Of a stretch of DNA of 53,374 nt, positions 52,772 through 53,374 are shown in pieces. How positions within the stretch are numbered: position 1 is the first letter of the stretch; each line of letters opens with the position of its first letter. The stretch comes from a virus. Lineage: Duplodnaviria > Caudoviricetes. The notes under the pieces were generated by a model that was given only the letters and a program-made list of their open reading frames with translations, searched no databases and was not told where the DNA came from. Location: IMG/VR virus record IMGVR_UViG_3300034994_000033, positions 1 to 53,374 of that record; one strand, given 5' to 3'. A program made the position numbers and the translations under genes.

Positions 52772-52834
52772 GACGAACGCTGTAGCGTGACCAGCGGCGG
52801 GTTTTAGCCGACTGGTCCACAGCGTTGGTTAGGG
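52772..52834 (-). mobile_element. attC: attC site (63 bp)
   Basis: GACGAAC..GTGACCAGCGGC..GCCG(A)CTGGTC(C)AC..GTTAGGG. Confidence 0.85.
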
Positions 52835-52844
52835 CGGGTTTTCG

Positions 52845-53213
52845 ATGCCATTTATGACAAAAGAACAAATCAATTGGGCGTGTGACACCATCGGGGATCT
52901 TCTCCGGGAATGGAAGCGCCTGCATGTTGAAAACGAATCCCTGAAAAGGGAAATACAGCAGTTGAGGAGCAAAACAATGATGCGAGCAAAAATGAAAGTG
53001 GCAAGAGTCGAAAACAAAGGGGCACACGAGAAACTTGATTTTTCGGCTGTCTGCAAAAACGATGGATATCCGGCAGACGGTAGCGACGAAAACAACACAT
53101 TTGCAATGTGGACACCTTCCGCCGAACTTTCCATGACCATCAACAATCCGGCACTGATCGGCAAGTTCTCCGTTGGTCAAGAGTTCTATCTTGATTTCAC
53201 TCTGGCAGAGTAG
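52845..53213 (+). CDS. Cassette gene, hypothetical phage protein (possible internal start at 52977)
   Basis: Cassette ends GTTAGGGCG and CGCCCTAAC are complementary; GAGGAG RBS before MMRAKMKV. Confidence 0.7.
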   Translation: MPFMTKEQINWACDTIGDLLREWKRLHVENESLKREIQQLRSKTMMRAKMKVARVENKGAHEKLDFSAVCKNDGYPADGSDENNTFAMWTPSAELSMTINNPALIGKFSVGQEFYLDFTLAE

Positions 53214-53244
53214 CAATCGGGGCGGCAGGGCTTCGGTCTTGTCG

Positions 53245-53302
53245 CCCTAACGGAGGAGATAAGCAGTGAGCGAAGCGAATCTGATTGATCGTATTGTTAT
53301 GC
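53245..53302 (-). mobile_element. attC: attC site (58 bp), duplicate of 2610-2667
   Basis: CCCTAAC, then identical to 2617-2667. Confidence 0.9.
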
Positions 53303-53374
53303 CGGTTGTCGATCTGAATATGCTCCGGGCATACAAGAAAAAATTCAACTTCTTCGAGACCCCGGAAGTGTTAG
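53266..53374 (+). CDS. 5' end of the second copy of the NPPY methyltransferase (partial)
   Basis: 53248-53374 is identical to 2613-2739. Confidence 0.9.
   Translation, partial: MSEANLIDRIVMPVVDLNMLRAYKKKFNFFETPEVL

Larger units (their letters stand above)
1..53374. mobile_element. Near-complete circular temperate phage genome (podovirus-like morphogenesis module), excised form
   Basis: TerS/TerL/portal/scaffold/MCP, short-tail and ejection genes with no tape measure, lysis cassette, attP plus integrase, CI-like repressor. No host housekeeping genes. Both ends lie in the same repeated methyltransferase cassette. Confidence 0.95.

Overview
The window is an essentially complete ~53.7 kb circular temperate podovirus-type phage genome in its excised form (intact attP carrying the 3' half of a tRNA-Pro(GGG)). 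Gene order: early/accessory genes, replication, terminases, portal, scaffold, capsid, a methyltransferase/glycosyltransferase block, short-tail genes, tail fibres, ejection proteins including a ~3,750-aa polyvalent protein, lysis, attP, frameshifted tyrosine integrase, immunity region. The standout feature is a complete phage-native integron inside the early operon. It has an IntI-family integrase with an extra RHH-like C-terminal tail (3257-4420), an attI-like site (3192-3210) and ten attC sites (51489-53302, continuing across the contig junction to 98-2667). The attC asymmetry and the boundaries of a repeated cassette both show canonical attI/attC polarity relative to intI, but every cassette gene is antisense to the canonical direction. 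The cassettes, which hold phage-type genes including two methyltransferases, would therefore be read by the phage early promoter toward intI. Other notable signals: +1-frame microgenes with strong RBSs overprinted on the giant ejection gene, a 13-aa peptide shared between that gene and an immunity-region protein, an HlyC-like acyltransferase, and a three-copy late-promoter motif. Family assignments come from motif recognition by eye; no database searches were run.
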